Source: Pseudomonadota bacterium (GTDB lineage Bacteria; Desulfobacterota; Desulfobacteria; Desulfobacterales; JBDRRP01). From it: DNA of 64,000 bases. Positions 26,717 through 36,184 of the stretch are shown piece after piece. The translations under genes were made by a program, and so were the position numbers. Numbering within the stretch: the stretch's first letter is position 1; every line of letters begins with the position of its first letter. The notes beneath the pieces were generated by a model. The model did not search any database and had not been told where the DNA came from. It saw only the letters and a list, made by a program, of their open reading frames with translations. Location of the stretch: positions 1 through 64,000 of the forward strand of contig JBDRRP010000129.1 in assembly GCA_043825735.1 (NCBI GenBank), in the 5' to 3' direction.

Positions 26717-29050
26717 TTACGGCGCCATTCCGTTCAGCGCGAGCTGAGCCAGCACCCGTTCGGCGGTCATGGGAAATTGCGCCACGCGAATGCCGCAGGC
26801 ATCGGCCACGGCATTGGCCACGGCCGGCAGCGGTGCGTCGATGGCCAACTCCCCCGCCCCTTTGAGCCCGAAGGGCCCGGTATGTTCATGGAGCGCTATT
26901 GCCAGGGCCTCCATGGGCGGCACGTCCATGGCCGTGGGCACCAGATAGGTGGCCAGGTCCCGGGAGTCCACGCGCCCCTGATCCACGATGAGTTCCTCCA
27001 TCAAGGCGTAGCCCAGTCCCTGTGCGATACCCCCGTGCATCTGCTGGGCCAATCGCTGCGGGTTGATGATGCGCCCGCAGTCACTGACGGCCAGGTAGTC
27101 GGCCACCTTAACGGCGCCGGTCAGAAGATCCACTTCCACGGCGGCCAGGTGCGCTGCAAATGAAAAGACCAGGTGGGGGATGCCGTGGAGGCGAAGGTTG
27201 TCATCGGCAACCGGGTGCTCGCGGCTCACCGGCGCGCGCCACCGGGCCACGGCCACCCGCTCGTCGGCGCAGAGCGCCCGCGAGAGCCGGTCCAGAGAAA
27301 TCATGCGTCCGCTCGGAAGGTGGCACGCCGCCCCCGGCACCAGGGCCATTTCCGATGCGCCCGAAGCCATCAGAAAATCGGCGGCCCGCTGTAGGATGCG
27401 CGCCTTGAGCTGGCCTGCGGCCAGGATCAACGCGTTTGCGTAAGTGTACGTGGTCCGGCTGGCCGACGATGAGCCCGAGGGCAGGGTGCGGTCCGTGTCG
27501 GGCTGGACCAGTTCCATGCGGCCGGCATCCTGGTTGAGCAGATCGCCGGCGATCTGAAGATAGGTGGCGCCGTTTCCCTGCCCCATGTCCACCACGCCGG
27601 AGTAGACGCGAAAGCGTCCTTCGACGGTGAGCGCAATCTTGGCATTGGCCACATCGGGTACCACGGTGCCGTAGCCCATGCCGTGCATCACCGCGGCAAC
27701 GCCAACGCCCCGGCGCTTGAAAGCACCGGCAGCGGCCTTCCAGACCGCGCGCTGCGTCCATCGGGGATGGACGGCCAGGGTTTCCAGGCAGTGGCTCATG
27801 CCGGTGGATGTGGTGAGTGTAGCACCGATGGGGGTGCGGTCTCCCTTGCCCAAGGCGTTTGTGCGCCGAATGGCCAGGGGCGAGATGTTCAACCGCTCGG
27901 CCACAAGATCCACGGCCTGCTCCATGGCCGCGGCCACCTGGGGCACCCCGAACCCCCTGAAGGCCCCGCTCACCGGGTTGTTGGTGTAGACGCTTTTGAC
28001 CTCCAGGCAGGTATGGGCAATCCGGTAGGGACCGCCGGCGTGCTCGAGCCCCAGGGCCGCCACCACCCCGCCCAGGTGATCGTAGGGCCCGGTGTCGAAG
28101 AGAATGGTCGCTTCCAGAGCGTGCAAGGTGCCGTCGGCCAGTGCTCCCAGACGGTAGTGAAGGCGGGCCGCGTGCCGCTTGACGCCGGCGGCGACGCTCT
28201 CCTCTCTGGACCAGATCATCTTCACCGTGCGCCCGGGGCAGTGCAGCGCCGCCAGACCCAGCAGGCTCTGAACGGTGATGCCGTCCTTGCCGCCGAAGGC
28301 CCCGCCGCAGCACGGGGCGCTGATACGCACGCGAACGGGATCGACGCCCAGGGCCTCGGAAACCTCGGCCCGGTCCCGGAAGGGGGTCTGGGTGGAGGCC
28401 TCGATAAAGAGCCCGCCATCATCGCGCCACACAGCGTGACCGCATTCGGTTTCCAGATAGGCATGCTCCTGCCAGGGCAGCGACAGGGACAGCTCGGCCA
28501 CCGCCGCACAATCGGCGAAGGCCTCGATCCCGCTGCCGGTAACAACGGATCCCTGGAGCAGGACGTTACCGCCGGGATGGTCGTCGTGAATCCGCGGCGC
28601 GTCTGGACACAAGGCGTCGTCCATGTCGAAGACCCCCGGCAGGGGGTCGATATCCACACCGACGGCCGCCACAGCCCGGGCCAGCGTGTCCGGACTCTCG
28701 GCCACGACCAGCGCCACCGCATCCCCGCAGTGGCGCACCCGCGCGTCCACCAGCACAGGCTGGTCCTTCCGCACCACCCCCTGTCGGTTGGTGCCCGCGA
28801 CGTCGGCATGGGTCAGCACAGCCACCACGCCGGACATGGCCAGGGCCTTTTCGGAGTGAACGGCCACAAGCTTGCCATGGGCAATACCGGCGCGCCGCAC
28901 CCCGGCCCACAGCCAGCCCGGGCCGCCGGCGTCCGCGGCATAGCGCAGCCGCCCGCAGACCTTGTCAACGGCATCAGGCCGCACGGCGCTGTCGCCCACC
29001 TGGAGCATTTCGATATCACTGTCTCTGGTCATGTCCGGCGCGTTCCCCAT
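26717..29050 (-). CDS. Xanthine dehydrogenase-family molybdopterin-binding subunit
   Basis: QEHAYLE, GGAFGGK, AFRGFGVPQ, VDMGQG, DCGRIINP, GGIAQGLGYALME, KGAGE. Confidence 0.93.
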   Translation of the reverse strand: MGNAPDMTRDSDIEMLQVGDSAVRPDAVDKVCGRLRYAADAGGPGWLWAGVRRAGIAHGKLVAVHSEKALAMSGVVAVLTHADVAGTNRQGVVRKDQPVLVDARVRHCGDAVALVVAESPDTLARAVAAVGVDIDPLPGVFDMDDALCPDAPRIHDDHPGGNVLLQGSVVTGSGIEAFADCAAVAELSLSLPWQEHAYLETECGHAVWRDDGGLFIEASTQTPFRDRAEVSEALGVDPVRVRISAPCCGGAFGGKDGITVQSLLGLAALHCPGRTVKMIWSREESVAAGVKRHAARLHYRLGALADGTLHALEATILFDTGPYDHLGGVVAALGLEHAGGPYRIAHTCLEVKSVYTNNPVSGAFRGFGVPQVAAAMEQAVDLVAERLNISPLAIRRTNALGKGDRTPIGATLTTSTGMSHCLETLAVHPRWTQRAVWKAAAGAFKRRGVGVAAVMHGMGYGTVVPDVANAKIALTVEGRFRVYSGVVDMGQGNGATYLQIAGDLLNQDAGRMELVQPDTDRTLPSGSSSASRTTYTYANALILAAGQLKARILQRAADFLMASGASEMALVPGAACHLPSGRMISLDRLSRALCADERVAVARWRAPVSREHPVADDNLRLHGIPHLVFSFAAHLAAVEVDLLTGAVKVADYLAVSDCGRIINPQRLAQQMHGGIAQGLGYALMEELIVDQGRVDSRDLATYLVPTAMDVPPMEALAIALHEHTGPFGLKGAGELAIDAPLPAVANAVADACGIRVAQFPMTAERVLAQLALNGMAP

Positions 29051-29064
29051 CGATCTGTTACTGC

Positions 29065-29627
29065 CCGTGCCAGTAGTAATAAGCCACCACGGAAATCACG
29101 GAACGCACGGACAAAAACACTTGATTTTGAGGTTAAAACCTCCGTGTTCTCCGTGACTCCGTGGTTCAATGAAACATTGGGCACTACCTGTGCAGCCCCA
29201 CCCATCAATGCCCACCACTGAACCCTCACCGCAAAAAAGCAAAACAAAAACCCGGTTTCTCGCGCAGAGACGCCGAGACGCAGAGGAAAGCAAGGCCGAA
29301 ACACTGATTGCCTTAGAAACCCTGCGCTTCGCTTAGGGTTCCAGGCGAAAACCCGCGTGGCTGTCGATGGGTTCTTATTCGATGTTCAGCGTTCAATGTT
29401 CGATGTTTGAAGTTCATCTTTTAAATACCATCGCAGTTCTCTGCGCCCCTGCGTCTCCGCGCGAAATCCGGTTTTGGGTTCCGGTGAAGTATGATGAATC
29501 CGTAAAAAGAGATTTTGAACCACAGAGGCCGCAGAGGACCGCAGAGAATATTATGAATCATTAATGAGTTATCTCTGCGCTCTCTGCGTACACTGCGGTG
29601 ATTCCAGACTTTTTACGAGTTTGTCAA
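29065..29627. repeat. Composite intergenic repeat block
   Basis: CACGGA element 29065-29185; 29245-29480 homologous to the 2.64-2.98 kb block; TGATG..CGTAAAAAG element 29492-29627. Confidence 0.85.
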
Positions 29628-29639
29628 GTATGCAACGCA

Positions 29640-30743
29640 CTACAAAATCCCAGCCAGGGCTTCAATGAACGCTGTCATGGCCGGGGCCTCGCCGATGGTC
29701 AGGCGGATATAGTTGGGAAACCGAAAACCGGTCATGGTGCGCACCATCACCCCCTGCTGCATGAGCTTGCGGTAGGCCAGGCTGTCGCTCATGGGAAGAC
29801 GGATCATCATGAAATTGCCTTCGCCGCAGACCACGGGCAGTCCCATTTGTTCAACGGCGCGGAGCACCTGCGCCTTGCCTTGGGCAACCATGTCGCGGGT
29901 CCGGCGCACGTGATCGTCGTCGTCTGCGGCGGCGAAAGCCGCCACCTGGGCCAGGGCATTGACCGAATAGACCACGCAGGTGCGCCGGATGATGTCCACC
30001 ACTTCCCGGTCCCCCATCAGGTAGCCGATGCGAAGCCCTGCCAGAGCGTACATCTTGGAAAAGGTGCGAAAGGCCACCAGGTTGGGATAGCGCGCCATCA
30101 GCGACAGGGTGTCGGGAAAATCACCGGCGTCCACGAACTCGCAGTAAGCCTCGTCCGCCACCACGATCTGGCGCCCGTCCACGCGCTTTAGAAAATCTTC
30201 CAGCGCGTCATGGGTCCAGTAGGTGCCCGTCGGATTGTTGGGGTTGCACACGAAAAGGATCTTCGTGCGGGCATCGATCTGCGAAAGCATGGCCTCGGCG
30301 TCGAAGGCGAAATCCTTCAGCGGCACCAGGCGCGCCTGGAATCCGGAAAACTCGGCCACCCATTCATAGACGGCAAAGGTGCGATCGGCGGTGACGATGT
30401 TATCACCTTCCTGGCAAAACGCCTTGATGACGAAGCTGATGACTTCGTTGGCGCCGTTTCCCACCAGAATCTGGTCCGGATCCAGGCCGAAGCGCACCGC
30501 CAGTTTTTGCCGCAGGTGAAAGGCGTCCCCGCTCGGGTAAATGGCGGCCTGTGGCGGCGGCCACCGGTGGATCACCTCCCGGGCGGCCGGCGGCGGCCCC
30601 AGGGCGTTTTCATTGTTGTTGAGCCGCAGCAACCGGTCGCACCCGTAGAGTTTTTTGAGTTCGTCGTCCGGCTTGCTGGGGATATAGGCCTCGAAGCGCC
30701 GGACATGCTCGGGCACCAGGTGGTCGAAAGACGGCCGGTTCAT
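29640..30743 (-). CDS. Histidinol-phosphate/aromatic aminotransferase family (HisC-like paralog)
   Basis: LNNNENALGP, VGNGANE, CNPNNPTG, DEAYCEF, RTFSKMYALAGLRIGY; ATG 30743 overlaps the upstream stop. Confidence 0.9.
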   Translation of the reverse strand: MNRPSFDHLVPEHVRRFEAYIPSKPDDELKKLYGCDRLLRLNNNENALGPPPAAREVIHRWPPPQAAIYPSGDAFHLRQKLAVRFGLDPDQILVGNGANEVISFVIKAFCQEGDNIVTADRTFAVYEWVAEFSGFQARLVPLKDFAFDAEAMLSQIDARTKILFVCNPNNPTGTYWTHDALEDFLKRVDGRQIVVADEAYCEFVDAGDFPDTLSLMARYPNLVAFRTFSKMYALAGLRIGYLMGDREVVDIIRRTCVVYSVNALAQVAAFAAADDDDHVRRTRDMVAQGKAQVLRAVEQMGLPVVCGEGNFMMIRLPMSDSLAYRKLMQQGVMVRTMTGFRFPNYIRLTIGEAPAMTAFIEALAGIL

Positions 30744-32065
30744 TTGCCGGCGCCCTCCCACTGGAAAATGAGCAGATCGCCCTTGCCGGCGTAAGGAATC
30801 ACCAGCCGCGGGGTGAACCCGGAGCGCAGCAGTGCCGGGGTAAAATCCGCCTGCCATGAGCGGCCCAGATCCATTTCAAAGAATACGGTGGGGATCGCCT
30901 CCTTTTTCAACAGCCGCAGGTGACCTTCCAGGTTGTCGCGGGCATCGGCGCCGGCAACCACCGGCTGAAGGGTGACCTGGCGGTGGACCCGGTCGAAAGC
31001 GGCAAAAAGAACGGACTCCGGCGGGCGGCGCTCTCCCATGTCCTGAACGACATGCACATCCCGGGGCAACACCATCCGGGCATAAACCTGCCGCAGATAG
31101 GTCTCCAGTTCCGGATGGACCCAGGCCGCCGTGCCCGGGTCCTCCTGCATCTGCCGGAAAAAAACGGTGACGGCAACGCTGCGGCCTTCCGTGGTAACGG
31201 CGTCCAGGGTGCCCAGCGGCTCGAAGTACGACTTCGGCAGCTGCGGTGTGGGAAACCGACAGATCAGTGCCACGGCCGGGGTGCGGGCAATGTCACCCAG
31301 GCAGGCCTCCAGAAGATCCGCCCCCATGCCGGGACCGGAGGCCGGGTCAAACACGAAGGGCCCTCGGCACTCCACGGCTCTGCGGCCGAACCGGTGCCAG
31401 AAAAGGCCCCCGCCGACATGCCCGGCCGCATCCGCGGCCACCGCCGCGCGAAGGTGCCCCGCGGCCGCCATGTCCACCAGTTTGCCGGGCGTGCGGCAGA
31501 CCGACGGCACCCGGCCGATCGCAGCGTGTGCGCAAATGCCGGCTGCCATTTGCTTGAGGTCTTCAGTGTCGGCCGACCGGATCGCATACTGCGCCATGGG
31601 CCTTGCCGCGGCGGCCGGGACGCGCGCCAGCGGCGGGTAGGTTTTTTCTTTGATGAGCGACAAGCGGTAGCGCTTTCCGTCGGCTTCCAGGGAGATCCCA
31701 TGATGGTCCACCGAGCGGGAGGCGATGAGCAGGCCCAGGTCCTGCATGCTCGTCTCGTCCTCCGGGCTGACCGATGCGGTGATGTTAAATGCGTGCAGGC
31801 TGAAATGCGCGGCGGAGAAGTAAAAATCGGTGCGCACGAAATACCCGCCGCCGGCACAGGTCATGCGCACCGACCGCTCAGCCGTCCCAAGACCGCAAAG
31901 ATAAACGAAGATCTCCTCGGCAGCGAGGGTCAGCGACAGGGCGTCGTCAGCCTCGAGACCCAGCGCCAGGGCCGATTGCTCTACACAGCCGGTCACTACG
32001 CGAAGGTATTCCGCAGATGCCGGAATCTGCAGCGTCATGACAGGTTCAGATGGGAAATCGTTCAC
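30740..32065 (-). CDS. Hypothetical protein with RsbW-like (HATPase_c) N-terminal domain and possible GNAT-like region
   Basis: LQIPASAEYL...LGL..DDALSLTLAAEEIF resembles anti-sigma kinase N-termini; MGADLLEACL resembles a GNAT motif; GGAG RBS; coupled to the aminotransferase. Confidence 0.6.
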   Translation of the reverse strand: MNDFPSEPVMTLQIPASAEYLRVVTGCVEQSALALGLEADDALSLTLAAEEIFVYLCGLGTAERSVRMTCAGGGYFVRTDFYFSAAHFSLHAFNITASVSPEDETSMQDLGLLIASRSVDHHGISLEADGKRYRLSLIKEKTYPPLARVPAAAARPMAQYAIRSADTEDLKQMAAGICAHAAIGRVPSVCRTPGKLVDMAAAGHLRAAVAADAAGHVGGGLFWHRFGRRAVECRGPFVFDPASGPGMGADLLEACLGDIARTPAVALICRFPTPQLPKSYFEPLGTLDAVTTEGRSVAVTVFFRQMQEDPGTAAWVHPELETYLRQVYARMVLPRDVHVVQDMGERRPPESVLFAAFDRVHRQVTLQPVVAGADARDNLEGHLRLLKKEAIPTVFFEMDLGRSWQADFTPALLRSGFTPRLVIPYAGKGDLLIFQWEGAGK

Positions 32066-32470
32066 GATGCTTTTCTCCTGCCGAGGGCATGCCGGTTGGA
32101 CGGGTGATCGCAGGTAATGGACACTGTTTAAGCCGGTGCAAGGATCCTTGTCAAGGCGTCACGGACAGCGCCCAGGACGCAATCGCCGTCGCCTGCCGGC
32201 CAATGACGCAGTGAACCCGGAAGCGGGCGTCGCTCCCGGCCGAAACGGATATCACAACAAGGCAGCGGCCTGATCCGGTTCGCGCAGAAAATGCCGCCGG
32301 AGTGGTTTCTCCTTGCGGCCCGCCGTTGCAGAGACATATTCTCATTGACAGTATTTTGATAGACCAAGTAGAAATAAAAAAAGGAAATCCGCTGATGCAG
32401 TAAGCGCCATCTTGCGTTTCCCACAGTGATGTTGAACAACGCAGCGCTTTCCCCCTATCGGAGGGCGGAC

Positions 32471-33598
32471 ATGAAGGAAACCTTTTTTGCCCCGCCCGGA
32501 CGCCGGGACAAGCAGCAGGTGGCGCAGGAAATGGCGACAGTCACCCACAATCCCGTGATCGATGCCGTCATGAAATCGGTGGGGGGGCTTCTGGCTGTCC
32601 TCAACGAACAGCGCCAGATCCTGGCAGTCAACGACACGCTGCTGCAGATGCTCGGCATTAGTGACATCGGGCAAGTGATGGGGCTGCGCCCGGGCGAAGC
32701 CATCGGTTGCGTCCACAGCGCCGATCCGCCCGATGGTTGCGGCACCACCCGCTACTGCAGCACCTGCGGGGCCGCTGTCGCCATTCTGACCAGTCTCAAC
32801 CGAGACACCCCGGAAGAGCGCGATTGCGCCGTCACGGTGATGCGCGACGGCGAAACGCTGGACCTGTCGTTTCGGGTACGTGCCCACCCCATTCTTGTGG
32901 ACGCCCGGCGATATCTGCTGCTGTTTCTGCAGGACACCACCTCTGTCCAGAAACGGGCCGCTTTAGAACGGGTCTTTTTCCACGATATCAATAACATCAT
33001 CTCCGGCCTGCAGGGCCTCAGCGATCTCATTGACTGCAAGGATCCAACAGAAAGTCCGCGGCTTGTGGATGCCCTGCGTCAACTGGTTTCCCGTCTCACC
33101 CGGGAGGTAAAAATACAACAGGCCCTGTCAGGTAAAAACTCTGGAATGTACGCGACCCGTTTCCAGGGGGTGGTTCTGGCCGATGTCTTCCAGGAACTGC
33201 GCCTGATCATCGAAAACCATTCGGCGACCGCGGGTCAGCGGGTGGTCCTGCCGACGAAGGGCCCGTGGCCTGACCTCCACACCGACCGCTCCCTGCTGGT
33301 GCGCATACTCACCAACATGCTCATCAACGCCCTGGAAGCCGGCGGTCCCGGCGAAACGGTCCACCTGAACGCCGAGATGCACGCCGGCAACCTGCGATTT
33401 AATGTATGGAACCGACAGCCCATTCCGCAACCGATCGCCCTGCGCATCTTCCAGCGCAACTTTACGACAAAAAATGAGGCTGGTCGTGGGCTCGGAACGT
33501 ATTCGATGAAACTCTTCGGCGAGCAGGCCCTCAGCGGAAAAGTCGATTTCGAAACGGGCCCTGCCGGAACGACATTCTGGCTGGAACTGCCGATCTGA
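32471..33598 (+). CDS. Cytoplasmic PAS sensor histidine kinase with Cys cluster
   Basis: FFHDINN H-box, NMLINALEA, FQRNFTTK, GRGLGTY; C-x9-C-x5-C-x2-C in the PAS region; GGAGG RBS. Confidence 0.88.
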   Translation: MKETFFAPPGRRDKQQVAQEMATVTHNPVIDAVMKSVGGLLAVLNEQRQILAVNDTLLQMLGISDIGQVMGLRPGEAIGCVHSADPPDGCGTTRYCSTCGAAVAILTSLNRDTPEERDCAVTVMRDGETLDLSFRVRAHPILVDARRYLLLFLQDTTSVQKRAALERVFFHDINNIISGLQGLSDLIDCKDPTESPRLVDALRQLVSRLTREVKIQQALSGKNSGMYATRFQGVVLADVFQELRLIIENHSATAGQRVVLPTKGPWPDLHTDRSLLVRILTNMLINALEAGGPGETVHLNAEMHAGNLRFNVWNRQPIPQPIALRIFQRNFTTKNEAGRGLGTYSMKLFGEQALSGKVDFETGPAGTTFWLELPI

Positions 33599-33789
33599 CC
33601 CATCGACTCAGACCGTTGCAAGCATCTCCCGATCGAGTCCATCCCAAAAAAGACAGCCCAGTAAAAAGTTTCGAAGCCCGTCACTGAGGCAATTGTGACA
33701 CAGCCACCTTCGGCGGTATGACTGAAAAGGAGGCAGTCGGCTTTTTAGGATTATCAAATTGATTGCCCGAAGACACAGTGTTGGATAGG

Positions 33790-34839
33790 ATGGCGGCCAT
33801 GGATGCCACGCCCCATCGCAGCGGTTCACTCTCCGACTGGTTGACCCGCCCCCTGACCATCGGCGGGCGCACCATCGGCAGCCGCCTGGTGCTGGCGCCG
33901 CTGTCCAAACTGGGCAATGTGGCGTTTCGCGAACTGGTGGCGGGAATGGGCGGGTTCGGTCTGCTCTTTTCCGAGATGAGCGGTGCGCGCGCGGTGCGCC
34001 ACGACGTGCCGGGGCACTGGGGCGGCTACATGTGGCGGCCGGAGGAACTTTCCCACCTGGTCTGCCAGATTTTCGGCAGCGACCCTGAAATCATGGCCGC
34101 AGCGGCAGTGCGGATTGCCGACCGCGGTTTTTTCGGTGTGGACATCAACTTCGGATGTTCGGTAGCGGCCGTCTGTAAAAAAGGCGCCGGCGCCGCCCTG
34201 CTCAAGACCCCGGATATAGCGGTGGCCATCGTGGCCGCGGTGCGAAAGGCCGTTGCCATCCCGGTTTTCGTCAAATTCCGTACGGGCTGGCAGGACGATC
34301 CCGGGCCGGCCGTCGCACTGGCCCGGCGATTTGAGGAGGCCGGCGCCGACGCCCTGACCTTTCACCCGCGGGTGGCGCCGGACCGCCGCACCCGCCCGCC
34401 CAAATGGGAATATATCGGCGCGGTCAAGGCGGCGGTGACCATTCCGGTCTTCGGCAACGGCGACGTCTTCAGCGCCGAGGACTGCCGCCGCATGGTTGCA
34501 CGCTCGGGATGCGACGGGGTGGCCCTGGGGCGCCTGGCCGTGGCCCGGCCCTGGGTGTTTGCCGAATGGACGACGGGCATCGCCGCGCCGGCGGGGGTCT
34601 ATCGCGCGACCGTCCACGAATACGCGCACCTGCTGCTCAAACACTTTGAACCGGTGACAGCGCTCCGGCGCTTCAACCGCTTCATGTCCTACTACTGTGC
34701 CAACTTCCGGTTCGGCCACACCCTTTACAGCGCCGTCAATCACGCCGACTGCCTTGATTCAGCGGTGGGCACCTTCGATGCGTTCTACGAGCGGTCATCC
34801 GAAACCGTGGCGCGGCCTCAGATCACCCTGATGCAGTGA
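33790..34839 (+). CDS. tRNA-dihydrouridine synthase-family flavoprotein
   Basis: LVLAPL, CQIFGSDPE, DINFGCS, GAGAALLK, VKFRTGW, FGNGDV, DGVALGR; start uncertain (33763/33790/33799). Confidence 0.85.
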   Translation: MAAMDATPHRSGSLSDWLTRPLTIGGRTIGSRLVLAPLSKLGNVAFRELVAGMGGFGLLFSEMSGARAVRHDVPGHWGGYMWRPEELSHLVCQIFGSDPEIMAAAAVRIADRGFFGVDINFGCSVAAVCKKGAGAALLKTPDIAVAIVAAVRKAVAIPVFVKFRTGWQDDPGPAVALARRFEEAGADALTFHPRVAPDRRTRPPKWEYIGAVKAAVTIPVFGNGDVFSAEDCRRMVARSGCDGVALGRLAVARPWVFAEWTTGIAAPAGVYRATVHEYAHLLLKHFEPVTALRRFNRFMSYYCANFRFGHTLYSAVNHADCLDSAVGTFDAFYERSSETVARPQITLMQ

Positions 34840-34914
34840 CCGCGCTGGCGCATGGATCTGGTGCCGTGGCCGTGAACCGGCAACTTCAAAAGAAATGAAT
34901 TCGCAATGAATGAT

Positions 34915-35010
34915 GTTGAACCACAGAGATCGCAGAGAACCGCAGAGAGTTATTTGTATTATTAAGTTTACCTCTGCGCGCTCTGCGCCCTCTGTGGTGA
35001 TTCCAGGCTA
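34915..35010. repeat. CACAGAG/CTCTGCG palindromic element
   Basis: Inverted homolog of the core of 15608-15745 with an AT-rich spacer. Confidence 0.8.
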
Positions 35011-35033
35011 TGTAAAATAAGGGGGAAAACACC

Positions 35034-35303
35034 ATGGATGCCATCCCGGTCAGTTACGACAGCGAAACGGACACCGTCACCGTCGACACCAGCGCAGCGC
35101 AGCAGGACTGGCAGGAAGTCTGTGACACCTTCTTTGGAGATGTTCACCGCCTCCGGGACGCCCAAGAGCACCCGGGCACCACCGGCCTTTATGTCTGCTA
35201 CGACGATGACAACCGACCCCACCACTTCCTCGTGGCCGAGGGCGATGACCTGCAGCGTCTGAAGCGCCGCACCTTTTTGAAAAAATTGGGGAAATTAGAG
35301 TAA
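35034..35303 (+). CDS. Hypothetical protein (89 aa, acidic)
   Basis: Purine-rich RBS; GC3-biased codons; natural composition. Confidence 0.7.
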   Translation: MDAIPVSYDSETDTVTVDTSAAQQDWQEVCDTFFGDVHRLRDAQEHPGTTGLYVCYDDDNRPHHFLVAEGDDLQRLKRRTFLKKLGKLE

Positions 35304-35478
35304 CTCGTTGCCTGTAAATCCGCCACTCGATGACCAGACGCGGCGATGGCGGCATCAGACTTGACCCCGGCAACCGAGTGATATAAAGAAGGGCGCCAAC
35401 GATGGCATCCTGAATTCCCGGCCAAGACCGGGCAATCTGCGCGGCGCACCCGTTGAACGATACCTGGAGCTGATATTC

Positions 35479-35571
35479 ATGGACAGTAAAGACAAGCTGA
35501 TCGACCGGATCCTCATCCTGCTACTGCTGCTGGTCATGGTTTTCCCGCTGCTGTCGTATCTTCAGAAATAG
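35479..35571 (+). CDS. Small single-TM protein (30 aa) MDSKDKLIDRILILLLLLVMVFPLLSYLQK
   Basis: GGAG at 35466, ATG 35479, TAG 35569-35571; CTG/ATC-rich codons; below the ORF-track cutoff. Confidence 0.55.
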   Translation: MDSKDKLIDRILILLLLLVMVFPLLSYLQK

Positions 35572-35727
35572 CGTCCATCCATGGGAAGCCTCTTGCGCCC
35601 TCTCCCCTGATGGAAGAGGGCCGGGGTGAAGGTGACAACCCACCGATAACAAAAGATCATCTTATACCGACCCGCTCCCGCCCCTGTCCCCTCCCGCCAG
35701 GCTGAAGTACCTATGGATGGCCCCTAT

Positions 35728-35759
35728 CTAACACAATTCTAACAACGCTCAGTTATTCT
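35728..35759 (+). promoter_or_regulatory. Candidate Pho box plus -10 element
   Basis: CTAACA at 35728 and 35739 (11-bp period), TATTCT starting 15 nt after the start of the last repeat; same geometry as at pstS. Confidence 0.55.
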
Positions 35760-35979
35760 TATTTCCCATGAGCCTGCGCACCCATTGTACTTGTCAGAAT
35801 GATGTTCCGTTTCATCCTCAAGGCCCTCTCGTGGCCGGGACCGAAATCGATGTTTTCCGCGGTCGATAGCGATTTCGATAACCAACAGGAGGCGTTAAGC
35901 AATTGGAACGTTTTATGACAATGGCTCTATGACATATCACCGTCGCTGATGATCTTTTCGAACGGCGAAGGGGTTAGGG

Positions 35980-36008
35980 TTTACGTCGCCGCAAAAAGTG
36001 GCTATAAT
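35980..36008 (+). promoter_or_regulatory. sigma70 promoter
   Basis: TTTACG-17 nt-TATAAT. Confidence 0.7.
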
Positions 36009-36023
36009 CCACAAACCGATCCG

Positions 36024-36158
36024 TCGTGAGTGTCCGTCAACATGTGGTCGCCTCGCCATGGCGGGGCTTGTTCCCGGAGGCGGGCCCGCCAGCGCTTTGT
36101 GGTGGAAGGCCCGGGTGCGCCGGAAGCCGAATGGCCATTTGTGGATAGACACTGGCGA
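36024..36158 (+). ncRNA. Putative structured leader RNA or sRNA of unknown family
   Basis: Downstream of a consensus promoter; AGTGTC/GACACT and TGGTCG/TGGCCA closing stems, CCTCGC/GCGGGG hairpin, CCGG/CCGG and CGGGCC/GGCCCG nested stems. Confidence 0.45.
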
Positions 36159-36184
36159 ACACCGCAGTCGCAGGGCAACGCGCC

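Noticed and set aside
25162..29050. 4-hydroxybenzoyl-CoA reductase or aerobic CO dehydrogenase assignment
   Set aside because: The FAD subunit lacks the Cys-rich [4Fe-4S] insertion of HcrB; the large subunit has AFRGFG rather than the AYxCSFR motif of CoxL
29640..30743. Gene symbol hisC
   Set aside because: The family is clear, but with no his genes nearby and a catabolic-looking context the ortholog call is not supported
36005..36149. Two DnaA-box-like 9-mers (TAATCCACA and, on the minus strand, CTATCCACA) suggesting oriC
   Set aside because: Only two mismatched boxes, no AT-rich unwinding element, no dnaA or gidA context
36148..36180. ACTGGCGAA resembling the ZTP riboswitch
   Set aside because: Lacks the following GGTGG..CCACCGGGGAGC and the CGCCTGGG pseudoknot; the downstream gene is unrelated to purine or folate metabolism
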